Below, piece by piece: positions 39,601 through 52,644 of a DNA stretch of 59,957 bases. This stretch comes from Proteromonas lacertae (taxonomy: Eukaryota). The notes below the pieces were generated by a model, which was not told the DNA's origin, searched no databases, and worked only from the letters and a program-made list of their open reading frames with translations. The first letter of the stretch is position 1; each line of letters opens with the position of its first letter. Location of the stretch: assembly GCA_002245135.1 (NCBI GenBank), contig NGBS01000602.1, positions 62,001-121,957 on the forward strand, given 5' to 3'. The position numbers and the translations under genes were made by a program.

Positions 39601-41919
39601 AAATCTTCTTTTACTTCAACATCTTTTATTTCATTAATTTTATCTATTATTTCATCTTCTTTCTTTTTCATGTCTATTTTTGTTTCATTAAACTCTTTTG
39701 TAATTCTAGTAATTTCACTAGTAATTTCTGTTTTTCTTCGTTTATATAATTGTATTGATTGATTCATTTTCTTTATATTCACCAATCTGTTTAATATTCT
39801 TTCTGTTATTACTCTTTTACATATAACATCATTATCATTTATATTTTTTCTTTTTATCCAATTTTTAAATTGATTTAATTCTTTATCATTAATTACTTTT
39901 TTAGCATCATTCAAATGAATGATTTCCTCCAAATTCAAATTATTCTTTCCTTCATATATTGTGTTAGTTAAATTTTTATTATGTTTGATTGTCATTTCTT
40001 TATCATATATTTTCATTGTATATTTACATCCTTCATGAATGTATAAATCACTATGATCAACTTCTTTATCATCTATTGTTTTAATCCTATTAATCTCTTT
40101 TGTAATATCTTCTTTTAAAATATTAATAGATTTATTACTTTCTTTTATATCAGCTTTAAGTTGTTTTATTACAATATTCAAATCAACAATTCTTTTCTCC
40201 TTTTCTTTATTCAATTCATTCAGAAATTCTTCTATCTCTTCATTTTCTTTATTCAACTGTATTTTCTTCAAATATTCTTTTTCTTCTTCTCTATAATCAT
40301 ATGATAGATTATTCTTTAAAAAGAACAACATGACATATATGAAAGAGGTTTTGCCAATACCTGATTGACCTGTAATGACTATGGAATCTATTTCATCACT
40401 TGATAAGAGTTTACATATATCTCTAAACATTGAATAGTAACAATCTCTTATGTAAATAATATTCTTTGGAAACTGGAATACTTTCACATTGGCTTTTGAG
40501 AACTCTAAATATTTTTTTGTTTCACCAATTTCAACAGCATTACTATTTTCATCGAGTTTAGTAAGTTCAATTATTTTCAAATTATTCACTATTTTAACGA
40601 AAGTATCTGGTGAATCTAAGTACTTTGTATTTTCATCATCAAAATATGTTAATAGTATTATTAAATCATTTATATCACTATTAGATAAATAATCTTCTTG
40701 AATTTCATTTAATAAAAATATATCTTCTATTCTTTCTTTTATTACATTAATATCAATATTTGTTGGATTGGCTTTGATTGATAATAGTTCAGATATCCAG
40801 TAATACTTTTCATAGTTGTATATACTACAAATAGTATTTGGCACTTTTATTCCATGAATTACAGCTTTACCATCTTCAATATTAATTGCATTAAATAAAT
40901 GATAATCCTTTTTCTCTATATAATATTCTATTAATTTCACTAAACCTTTTCTATCACCAATACTAATACATGGATATATTGATGAAGGTAAGTTTTCATA
41001 CACTAGTTTTTCAATACCATTTTCCTGTTTAATAAACATTTTCTTTTCATTCATATTATATTTCACTTCATATATTTCTCCTCTACTTCCTTGAATTGAA
41101 GATACTATTGGTATTGTTTCATCTCCAATTGTATAACCAAAGCTAATATTTTCATTACTAACACATTTTATCTCAAAATAGAAATGATAAATTCCACTTT
41201 TCTCTTTCATTTCTTCATTTATTTTAAAATAATACTTATTATTACGTATATCTTGAAATAACTGATTACACACTACATATTGAATTTCATCCATTTTATT
41301 ACCACCATTACTGCCATTATTATCATAGCTGTACAATTCATTGATAGACTTTAAGTAATTAACTACATTACAACTTTTATCTTGAGTTGTATTAATATCA
41401 TATTTTCTAATTGTATATCTTTCTATCATAGGTAATGGAAGAATCCAACTGCTTAAATATTTAACTGAACCATTTCTAGCACCAATATATGGGTAAACTG
41501 TTGTTGCACTAATTCTACATACACTCACTTCTTTGTTATTTCCTTGTCTAATTGACATTCTTTTGTTAATCATATCATATATCACTTCATATGTATCTCC
41601 TACTGTTGCAACGACAAATGCATCATCTTCACTCATTGAGTCTTCTTTCAGACGATAACCAAAACTAATACCATCAGTTAAACCCTCTACTTTGACTTTG
41701 AAATGATAAATCTTATTCTCCATCTTTTCGGAGATTAAACAATCTTCTTTAGGAACATCTATATTAACGATTTCTGTCATTTCTTCTTCCATACCTTCTT
41801 TATCTTCATCTTTATCTTCTCTTTTTCGTTTTTTGGTATTTTTATCTACTTTGTCTACATATGTTGACTTTCTCTTTTCTATTAAAAAAGTAATAACATG
41901 CAAAAAAAATACCACGCAT
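36649..41919 (-). CDS. Crinkler/RHS(CR)-type effector-like protein: basic N-terminus, two SPRY-like repeats, two tandem P-loop NTPase + restriction-endonuclease-fold modules
   Basis: Introns at about 41879-41912 and 38542-38573 join the 1121-aa and 627-aa ORFs in frame. Module 1: IYIRDCY, GQSGIGKT, SSP, YGNIPR. Module 2: LVRECY, GHNGIGKS, ANP, GLLYER..HPDIDLL..GIQITVGKSH. Confidence 0.75.
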
Positions 41920-42006
41920 TTGATCTATTAACAATATTAATTAAAATAATGGCTTTGAATTAGTTGGTTGATGAGATATGAGCAAAAATAATTATTTCAT
42001 ATAGAA

Positions 42007-42047
42007 ATAACCAATCAAATTGCTCCACGTATAACCAATCAAATTGC
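42007..42047. promoter_or_regulatory. 17-bp direct repeat (ATAACCAATCAAATTGC x2) containing CCAAT boxes
   Basis: Identical copies at 42007-42023 and 42031-42047, about 90-130 bp upstream of the CR-type gene. Confidence 0.5.
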
Positions 42048-42384
42048 AGAATTTGATTTTTTGAAATTGTTTTATTGATTTATAGAGAGATGAAGCTTTT
42101 TCGTTTCAATTAAATTACAAATAAAATGTAACAATTTAAAATCTCTCTTAGTTGTTACAAATTAATGGTAAGATCTTTTTCTACATTCCTAATCAATCAT
42201 CTCTTTCATTCGATGAATACTTTTTAGGCAGTTCTACTCAACTTGTCTTTACCTGCGCTATGAGAATTTTTTAACTTTTTTGTAGTTTTCTTAACATTTA
42301 GTTAATAAATCGGCTAATAGAGTAGGATCGGCTAAAACCTTCGGTTTTCACTTAGTCGTCCGTTGGCCAAGCTTCATACTATAT

Positions 42385-42502
42385 AATATTTCTATTCTAT
42401 TTTTAATAGAAGAAATGATTAATCCTAATTATTTAATGGAAAATAATAAAGAATTAAAAGTATTGTTAGTTGAAGGAAATATGATTAAAATGATGGTAAT
42501 GT
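42385..42502 (+). repeat. Duplicated intron+exon fragment of the BTB-Ig-SPRY gene family
   Basis: Near-identical to about 11293-11417 (AATATTTCTATTCTATTTTTAATAG...GTTGAAGGAAATATGATT...AAAATGATGGTAATGT). Confidence 0.85.
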
Positions 42503-42860
42503 AAATTTAGATAAAGAAATGAATGATATGGGTTTAATGGTGTATTATATTCAATCTATTGATTATTAGTTGGGCCGTAATTATAATTTAGTATATTATG
42601 TTTGATATATGCAAAAATTAATTAAGATGAGAAGATAAATCTGACAGTTTTTTTATATTTGTTATTAATCTAAAATAGTTTATGATTTGAATGTAATTAT
42701 TCACAAGATATTTAATTATTACGCATAATTCAAATTTTACACACAATTCAACATAATAGAAACGACTATATTTTCATAAAGAAAATGCTGAATTATTTCT
42801 ATGATTATCTGTTGTACTTACCATTTAGTACAGTATATATATGTTTTTTAATATTTATAG

Positions 42861-44314
42861 ATAAAAGAGAGGATAGAGAAGAGTAATTATGAAGAAGATT
42901 TGGTAGTAGAATGTCAGGGTGATATCAGAATGATTAAAATAATGAATATTAATGGAATAATAGAAAAAATGACATTAAAATTCTGTGAGATTAACTCATT
43001 GTTGTTAGATTGTTGTGTATCATATGTATATCCTTCTAATGTCTTCCATTTGTATAATGAGAGATTTAGAAGAGTTAATTAAAAGTAAATGGTTTTGAAA
43101 GATAATGATGTGGTGATAGATAATATAAAGGGTAGTAATGTAGTATATAAAAGAAATGGTGAAATGATACTTTGTGATTTATTCTTAAACTCATTAAGAA
43201 AAGAAGAAGATATGAGAGTGTATGATATCTACTTTAAAAGTCCTGAACAGTTGAATGGATTAGAATACAATGAAAAAAGTGTGATATGGTCAATTGGATG
43301 TATTTTATATGAGATAATAAATAAGAAATTACCATTTAATGAAGATAATAATGTAATGAAAACAATGAATAATATTGTGAGATTTAAAATGTGATGAAAT
43401 GATGAAAGAAATTGTTGGAAGAATGCTGAAAGCGAAGAATGAAGATAGATTGCGTTTAACAGAAATGAGAAAAGAAATGATCAAGATAAGTGAGATAATG
43501 AAAGATAGAGATAATTATTTGATGATATGTAAAGAAAGAAAAGAAATATTATATGATAATGATAACGTAATAGCTACACTTACCATAATATATCCATCAG
43601 CATGTTATCTTAAAAGTACTAAAAGAGAACTAATTCGTGATAAATTAATAGAATCTTACAATATTGTAGCTAATGAGAGAATCATGTCAATACTATTAAT
43701 GATGAAGCTATAGAAAGAAGACAATTCAATAACTAATGAATTGGAATTTGTTTAAGAATAGATCTGAAAGGAAATAATATCAGAATGAATGAGTTAAAAT
43801 CAATATGTTCAAAGTCATTAGAAAGTGAGAATTATCCGTTTTTAGAAATGAAATGTTCATCATGGAATAATGAAGAATTAGAGTATTATTTGAGTTATTG
43901 TAGTAAAAAGAAAAGGAGAATCGATGAAAGAAACTATGATTTTTCAATTATATGATTTAAATATATAATGAAATAGATATGAATATTAATGATTCTCATA
44001 TTAGATTGATAAAAGAGATTGATTATAATACACTTGATTTATCCAATAATAGAATTAGTTCTATAGGATTAAAAGAATTAAAGAATGATAAATCAGAAGA
44101 TATAAAATATAAAGATGATAATCCATATTCATTGATAAAAGGAAATGAAGATAATGAAAGTAAAACGAGATTAATGAAAGAAAATAAAGAAACTATTTAT
44201 ATAATGAATGAAATGATATTAATATCAGAAAATTATGAAGATAAATTAAAATTTAAATCACCTTTAAGAAATTTTTATCAATTAAATCAATTTAATAAAG
44301 TAAGCAAATCTTAA
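42861..44314 (+). pseudogene. Pseudokinase-LRR family copy with internal deletions and stops
   Basis: KSPEQLNGLEYNEKSVIWSIGCILYEIINKKLPF and LDLSNNRISSIGLKEL; broken into at least four ORFs. Confidence 0.75.
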
Positions 44315-44508
44315 TTTTAAATGGTTTTAACGCTAAATGATTAAATACATTGATAGTTTCTTATTTAAATTTCTCAATATACATAAGAAAGTGAATAACT
44401 GTATTGTCCCAAAATCTCAATCTGATTGTGTATAATTTTGTCTTTCATTTCAACTAAAAAATAAACACTCAAGCTTATATCAAGCAAGTGGAACACAATT
44501 AAAGAAAA

Positions 44509-45833
44509 ATGAAAGTTATATTTTTCATTCTATTTGCTTTTGCTGGGGTATTTGCCCTTAACAATGGATTAGCTTTGACACCTCCCATGGTATATATTTG
44601 TTAATTCTATTTTATAGGGTTGGTTATCTTGGGAATGGTATTTTGTCTTTGAATATAATATCTTTTAGGTTTAGATGTGAAGTTGACTGCAAAAAACACC
44701 CAACTGCATGCATTGATGAGAATTTATTTACTTCAATGATTGATGCTCTTGTTAATAGAGGATTTTTAAAAGCTGGTTACAAAGTATAAATGTTATGTGA
44801 TAATATAATAAAATGTAATAGCAAATCAACATAGATGATTGTTGGATGTCTTGGGAAAGAAACTCAACAGGTTATTTAACAGCAAATGCAACTCGTTTCC
44901 CTCATGGAATTAAGTGGTTATCACAATATGCTCATGATAGAAAAGTTGAATTAGGTATCTATGAAGATTTTGGAACTAACACTTGTCAAGGATATCCAGG
45001 TTCAATGGGATATTTAGAAAAAGATGCAGCTGTGTTTGCTGAATGGGAAACTGATAGTTTAAAACTTGATGGTTGTTATGCACCAGTATAATTAATTCAA
45101 TTCTATAATTTAGTTGGAAGCTATGCGTGATGGTTATACCAATATGTCAATTGCCTTAAATAAGACAGGAAGACCAATCTTATATGCTTGTTCATGGCCA
45201 GCTTATGAAGAATCAGCTCCTTTCCCATATTTAGAACAAATCTGCAACTTATGGAGACCATACACAGATATAGAACACACATGGGAAAGTTTAAGTGATA
45301 TAATAAAGCAATGGGGTGATCAACAAACAAGATATCAACCAGCTAATGGTCCAGGTCATTGGGTAGATCCAGATATGTTAGTAATTGGTTCAACAGGTGA
45401 TGGATTAGGTGCAAATGAATATAAAACTCAAATGGCCTTATGGTCAATGTGGGCTGCTCCATTATATATGAGTCATGATTTAAGAAATACTAGTGATGAT
45501 GCATTTGCAATTTTAACCAACTCTGAAATAATCGAAATTGATCAAGATCCCTTAGGAATTGCTGCTCATATGTATTATCGAGATGCTGAATATGAGATTT
45601 GGGCTAGACCATTGTTTAATGGTGATTGGGCTGTTGCTGTGTATAACAAAAGTCCCAAGAGTATAGATGTTGATTTATTTTTACATGATTGTGCAATTAT
45701 TGTGAAGAATAGTGCCAGTTTAAGAGATTTAGAATTACATCAAGATGTTGGTACTATTAAATCCAATGAATATTTCCATATTAAGAATATTCCATCACAT
45801 GCAACAAATATATACAGAGTAAAACTTAATTAA
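44509..45833 (+). CDS. NAGA: GH27 alpha-N-acetylgalactosaminidase (alpha-galactosidase family), secreted or lysosomal
   Basis: Signal peptide, LNNGLALTPPMGWLSWE, NIDDCW, LKLDGC, RPILYACSWPAY, CNLWR, GPGHWVDPDML; four short introns. Confidence 0.88.
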
Positions 45834-45957
45834 ATAATTGGTATTATGTATTTGTTTTTATTTATTCGTATAATAAAAATCAAATTGAATTTTTGATTTT
45901 AGTGAAAAATATTATAATAGTTTTTAGAGGTTATAATAAAAATCTAAACATTTTAAA

Positions 45958-48652
45958 TTAGAAAATACAACAATATTCAAATCTATTATATTTTCTTTTT
46001 TTGACAATCGGTTGTAAATCTTCATCATTATTATTCTTTTTATCATCATAATCTTTTCTTTTTATCCTTTTCTCAGCTTTACCACTATCATTTTTATTAA
46101 TTCCATATTCTTTTTTACTACTTTCTATTGATTTATAACTATCACTATGATATTTATTCTTACATTTTTTAATTCTTAACAATGATACTTTAAGATTTTC
46201 TGGTTCTAACTCCTTTCTTCTATTGTTATTGATTTTATTACAATTAACTGAAGGTATGCGCATCGTAAATGGTATTGTTTTATATTGATAACATTTATAC
46301 CACTTCAGAGATGGATTACTTAATAAAATTACAATATCAGCATTAATAAAATCACTATCAAATAAATCAATATTATCACAAATAATCGCTAATTTTCCAT
46401 TCTGTTTTCCTACCAATTCATCAATTCTCATAAAGATTCCTGTTTCTTTATCTGCATAATAACTTTTTCTTTCGCTTGATATATATAGTACATTATAATT
46501 CTCATTCTCATAAAACTGATAATGACTAAAATAATAACACAAATAAAAACCTAAAACTATTCTTTCAAACTCTTCTTCTCCAAATATTAAATACCTTCCC
46601 TTCCCTTTTAAGCTATTATTTATCATATTTATTATCCTTTTGTAACAATCTCTATTAATTAAATTATGGTTGTTGATTACCAATTTATCTTTTGATTGAT
46701 CTACTGTTGTCTTATTTAATAGTAAATCAATATCATTAGCAACACAATAATCATTTTCTACCAAATAATTGAAGATATTGTTTTTTGGTTTCAGTGTTAT
46801 TTGGATAGCTTTTTCATTTTCATTCATATTCTCATTTACATCACTCAAAATATATTCACCTCCTTTTGAAAATCTAGACTGAATATTCGTATAACTAATA
46901 GGTGGTAAAAATTCATTTTCATCACTTTTTTTTAATATTTTTGTTTTTCTACATCTAAAATATTCATCAATATATTCATCGTTTAATATAAATCCATCTT
47001 TAACATATCCATCTCTTTGAATAATCACTTCTTTTATAGTAATATTATCAGTTATTTCATTTGAAGTATGACTACTATCATGATAATTTTTAAAATTGAA
47101 GTTATGCTATATAATATATATATATATAATATAGTATGATATATACATTATATATCTTTTTATATTCATCATCATTTATTATCAATGAAGAATCATCAAA
47201 TAATAATTTAAACACACAATCATTAACAGCAAAATCATATCTACCGAAGTAATAATTTTTAAAGGTGAAAGAGCTTGACTTAAATCTAATATTATCAAAT
47301 ATTCCATTGTAATTAATACAACCTTCATCCAAGTTTTTATATATAGGTTTGTATAAAGATATATCTTCAACAATTTCTGGATTGTTAGATATAATATATG
47401 TGACTAATTCTTTGTATAAATATCTCTTCAATTCAATATCTTCTTCATCTTTATATAATCTGTAAAACAAATTTTGAGAAATAAGCAAATCTGAAATCTC
47501 TTGGGAAAAACAGTATGAGATACACCACAAAATTCTTCTTGAATTGTATTTTAGATATTTTTGAGGTTTGCCATCTTTCAAATTATAATGAAACACTAAA
47601 TTCATGAATTTATAATCTTTATATTTTTCACTTACCATATATTTTTCAACAAATTCTTTATGTGTCTCAATTACATTTAAATCAAATAACATTCTTTTAT
47701 ACTCGTCCCAATAATCCTTTTTGTATATATCCCTATATATGTAATGATTGTGAATGTGTTTGGTATTATAACCATAATCAATCATCACATTTTCATCTAC
47801 AATCCCAATGTCATAATTTAAGCAGGTCTTAAACCATATTCTTACTTCAACTGGATTGAAAATATCTAAATATGTTACTTTTGAGTTAGAATCTAAATAC
47901 TGTTGGTAATAATATTTATATGGATCACTAATAGATATAATTACATTATCAAGACTAACATAACCATAACTATCACAAATAATAATTGAATTTTTTACTT
48001 TTCCAATATCACAATCATTTAAATGTCTTAATACATAACATTCACCCCTTTTCACATATTTATAAGCCATTGACTCTTCAGATTTTATAAAATATATTTC
48101 TCTTCCTTTCAATACATCTTCTTTCTCATTCTTTATATTCATTAACATATAATAGGCAAATGAACTATTACCATTACCTGCTTGACCAATCACTACAAAA
48201 TGAGGATTTTCATTCTTTGAAGTCTTTATATCATTCATTATCTCAGTGTATTTCTCTTTATAACATTCTCTAATGAAGATTCTATTTTCGGGATATTCAT
48301 TAGTATTTACACTCCTATCAAAAGCCAAAAATCCATTACAAACAGTTAAGCTATTCACTAAACATTCAATTACATCTAATGGCTTATCTTTTCTTCTTAC
48401 ATTCACTAAATCATTAACATTCATACCTGAAACAACGTTTTTAATGTCATTAAGGCTGTACTTTACATTTTTCACATTTCTGTTCAACAAAAAATAGTAG
48501 TATCTAGATATTGAATCAATATCAGAAGGAATTATGCTAATTGATGTTGATAATTCATTAATAAGTTCCGATATTACTCTATTCATATCATTAAATTCGT
48601 TGCTACATATTTTCTTTTGCATATCATATTCTTTAATTGAGCTTATCATCAT
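45958..48652 (-). CDS. Degenerate paralog of the CR-type tandem NTPase protein (possibly a pseudogene)
   Basis: IFIRECY..GQAGNGNS (Walker A K to N) and LINRDCY..YLIFGEEEFER..LLSNPS. Intron 47107-47146 joins the two ORFs in frame. Lacks the SPRY headers and the terminal nuclease motif. Confidence 0.7.
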
Positions 48653-49559
48653 AAACTATTTTTCAAAATTATATCCGTTTCAATTGTTTCTAATCTATTT
48701 TGCAACATTTATAAGATCAATGATTTCATTTACAATCTTCACAGTTATAAAACTCCTTGCTTGATAATCTGTTACTGTGTTGATTTATATTATAATTCTA
48801 ACTTGTCTAACATTTATTTGTTTTTTCACATAAATGTAAAGTATTGATGGTTAATATACTTTAGAATAGCATATTCTCTTATTATTGTTGTTATTTATTA
48901 TGTTAGATAAGAATGTAATTATGTAATGTCAGTTACAAAAAACGACTAAATATTTAAAAACATCAAACAAGTTTGAAAATGTTTTGCTTAAAATGTTTTG
49001 AGGATGATATTATTGCCTCATTATTATCGTCTGATACAAAAGCATTTTAGTTATTTTATTTTTATAGACAATAAAGATAAAAAAAGAATGATAATGAAGT
49101 AGATTATGTTGTGGAACATCAAAGAACTTCAAAATATTTGAATCTTTTAATTTATTTGAATGAATGAGAATAGAATATTAAGGTTTAATGAAAAGAGCTT
49201 ATTTCTGTTGGATTGTTCTAAACCACACTATTTGTCTATTTAAAATGTTTCAGATAAATATACAAATAGCCACATCAACTGATGGAAGAAGTGTAAAAAT
49301 ATCCACTTTAGAAATTGAAATAGTATAATCTACCTCCAATTCCAGCTGGTTATACTGGTAGAATAATAAATGGAAGAATTAATGTAAAACTATTTCAGTA
49401 ACAGCTCCAGATAGAGGTAATAGAGTTTATACAACTTATTATAGAACATCATTCACAGGAAATGCGAAGAAAAGTACACAGGAAGTATTATATGTTAAGA
49501 AATACTGGTGTATATACAATACCATTTCCTAATTATATATATATGGCTGATGAAGTGAT

Positions 49560-49811
49560 TTAAATTGATGCTTTAATCAACAGTCGAGTAAATCCAAAAA
49601 GTGATAGAAGAAAAAAATGTTATGAACAAGCTTGTAATTTAGGTTATTGTTTAGAGAAACATAATTATGGATTATTATTAATGAATAGTAAAGAATGAAT
49701 TAAGTGAAAGAAATGTATATAAGTCAAGCAGGAGTTATTCATTTAGAGAAAAGTCTAAAATTATTTCAAGAAGCAGCTGATGAAGGAATAGAAGATGGTA
49801 GAAGGTGGTGA
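49560..49811 (+). pseudogene. SEL1-like repeat gene remnant
   Basis: Fragments CYEQACNLGYCLEKHNYGLLL and EKSLKLFQEAADEGIEDG, interrupted by stops. Confidence 0.5.
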
Positions 49812-50049
49812 TGATGATAAATGGTGTTTAATAAAGTAGTAAAAGTATTTGTTATTGTGTTTGGTTTTTAAGATAGCATCTACTGCTGTTAAAATAAAAA
49901 TATTTCAAAATAAAAACTCAAATTGAAACGACTAATAATTTTGAAACAAATCGGTTATGAAAATGTCATTCTTAAAAAGAGTAGTGAGAGGTGTATTAAC
50001 TGCATTATTATCATCGAAAATACATGTATTTTAAAATCTTTTTATCTAA

Positions 50050-51118
50050 TAGCCAGAAGAAATAAATGGTGTGAAATAATAATGTTGGAATAAAAGAAAA
50101 GAAAATACTGAAATTTTTAGAGATTAGTTCAATATTGTTAGAGTGTTGTAATTCATTCCTATATCCATTTGGAACCCCCAAATTCGGGTATAATACGATC
50201 ATATTAAGTCATTTGTAAGTGGTTATATTTGTAGTATAATAAGTGGTATATGTAACATATTGATGATATTAAATTAGTATGATGTAGTTATAAGTAATTT
50301 GAAGAGCTCTAATGTAATATATGAAAGAGAGGATGATGTATATGATAATGTAAAGATGTGTGATTTATTGGTTGATAATTTGAGAAGTGAAAATGAAGAT
50401 ATAAAAATATACAATATAAATTATCAAAGTCCAGAAGAATTAAATGGGCTAGAATGTAATGATCGAAGTGTGATTTGGTCAATTGGTTGTATATTATATG
50501 AAATAATCAACAAGAAATTGCCATTTTCAGAAGATGATGATATGAATAAAACAAAAGAGAATATACTGAGATGTAATTACAATTTAGACAACGAATGTGA
50601 TGAAATGATGAAAGCAATGTTATTAAGAATGTTAATAGTAAACAATGAAAATCGAATAAGTTTAAAAGAGTTGAGAAAAGAGATGATAAAGATGAGTGAG
50701 ATAATAAAAGATGAAGAAAATGTTTTAATGATATATAAAGAGAGAAAAGACTTATTCTTCAATAATGATAATGTAATAGTAAGCCTTCCAATCACGTATC
50801 CAAAAGAATATTATATTCAAAGTGATAAATGGAAATAAATTCGAGATGAATTGATGAAATATTACAATAATAAACCAAATGAAAAAGTGTTGGCAATACT
50901 AATGATAATGAAATTATACAAAAAGGATAGATCAATAAGAAATAAATTAAAGTTTCAGATTAATCATAAATGTAAAGAAAGAAAAGAATGTAGATTAGAT
51001 GAAATGATATTTTATATAAATACTAGTTGTGAAGATAAAGAAACAGTGATAGTCATTTCATATTGTGTTTGTATATGTGATGAAGGAATTGAATATTTGT
51101 TCAGAATATTGAAACTAT
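50050..51118 (+). pseudogene. Pseudokinase-LRR family copy, 3'-truncated
   Basis: QSPEELNGLECNDRSVIWSIGCILYEIINKKLPF; stop at 50838; homology ends at GIEYLFRILKL. Confidence 0.75.
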
Positions 51119-52614
51119 ACTGAATATTTGGAAATTAACAAATGTAAATATGGAAGAAACAATTTGAAGCTTTCTGGACCAATTTTATTCTCTATTTCAA
51201 AATAAAATTATTTTTTAGAATATTAAATACCATAAAGATCTATATATTTTAATTTCATGGATGGAATTGATTTAATGAATGATTCATAAAAGTCAGAATC
51301 AGCTTCAAATCTTGATAAATATAATTCTTGGAGATTTGATAATTGCAAAAATAATGATCCAAATAATGTTTGGTATCTTTTGGCATAATGTTACTAACTA
51401 AATAAGTAAAAATAGTTAAAACTATACTGAATTCAAGTTTTGTCGCATTAAGTACTCTTAATATTTTGAATAAATAATTTATTCCTTCATTAGATAAACA
51501 ATAACATCTTGAATCAATGCAGATCATTTCACTACCATCTCTATAATTACTAATATTAAATATCATCTTATCTAAATAACTATCTTTATCTTATATACAT
51601 TGATCATGATGAATTTGATATTTCAGCTATGTTCTTATTGATTCATCTCTTTTGTATATTTTCATCATCAATAAAAACCCCAATGTTTCTTCCTCGGGTT
51701 TATTATTGTACTTTTCTATCAACTTATCTCGAATTACTTCTTCCTTTTTATCATTATTCAGATAATATTCATTGGATACATAATTGAAAGTGTAACAATT
51801 ACATCATCACCACTATATAATATCTCTTTTCTTTCTTTATACATCATTAAATAACTATCATCATTTCTCAACGTTTCACTTTTCTTTATCATTTCTTTTC
51901 TCAACTCTTTTAAACTCAGTCTATCTTCATTTTTCGTTTTGAACATTCGATCGATCATTTCTTTCATCATTTCATCACATTTCTTATCAAAACTACTATA
52001 TTTACATCTCAGAATATTCTCTTTAGTTTTATTCATATCATTATCTTCTGAAAATGGTGATTTCTTGTTTATCATCTCATATAAAATACAGCCAATTGAC
52101 CAAATCACACTTCTTTCATTACATTCTGATCCATTCACTTCTTCTGGGCTTTTGAAGCAAACATCATACAAACTCATATCGCCTTCTTTTCTAAAACTAT
52201 CAACCAATAAATCACATAGCTTTATTCTCTTGTTTTCATATACTACATTGCTACTCTTCAAATTATATATCTTTAAATCCTTTTCATTCAATATCATCAA
52301 TATGTCACATATGTCACATATCATACTACAAATATAATCACCTGAAAGTGAGTCACTTTTTATAGTCTCTTTTAAGCCATGCATATAATAGTTTCTTTCT
52401 ATTATCATCGTATTATCTCCGCTTAATTGTGTTTGTAATGGATAAGTGAAGGATTGACAATCACAAAGTAAAGAATTCTTCTCTAAGAATTTTAATACAT
52501 TTTTTTCTTTCATCCATTCAACATTTATCATCTTTACCATCATTTGCACATCATTATCATTGATTATTATGAAATCCACTTCATTATCATTTCTTGTTTC
52601 TTTATCTAGTATCT
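51119..52614 (-). pseudogene. Pseudokinase-LRR family copy, disrupted and truncated
   Basis: KSPEEVNGSECNERSVIWSIGCILYEMINKKSPF; frameshifts after about 51760; last recognisable part ENKIGPESFKLFLPYLHLLISKYSV. Confidence 0.75.
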
Positions 52615-52644
52615 ATTCATAAATTATATGATGAATCATTCATT

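Noticed and set aside
42200..42280. Possible Sm-class snRNA (AATTTTTT run after a moderately GC stretch)
   Set aside because: No match by eye to U1, U2, U4, U5, U11, U12 or U4atac conserved motifs; T-runs are ubiquitous here.
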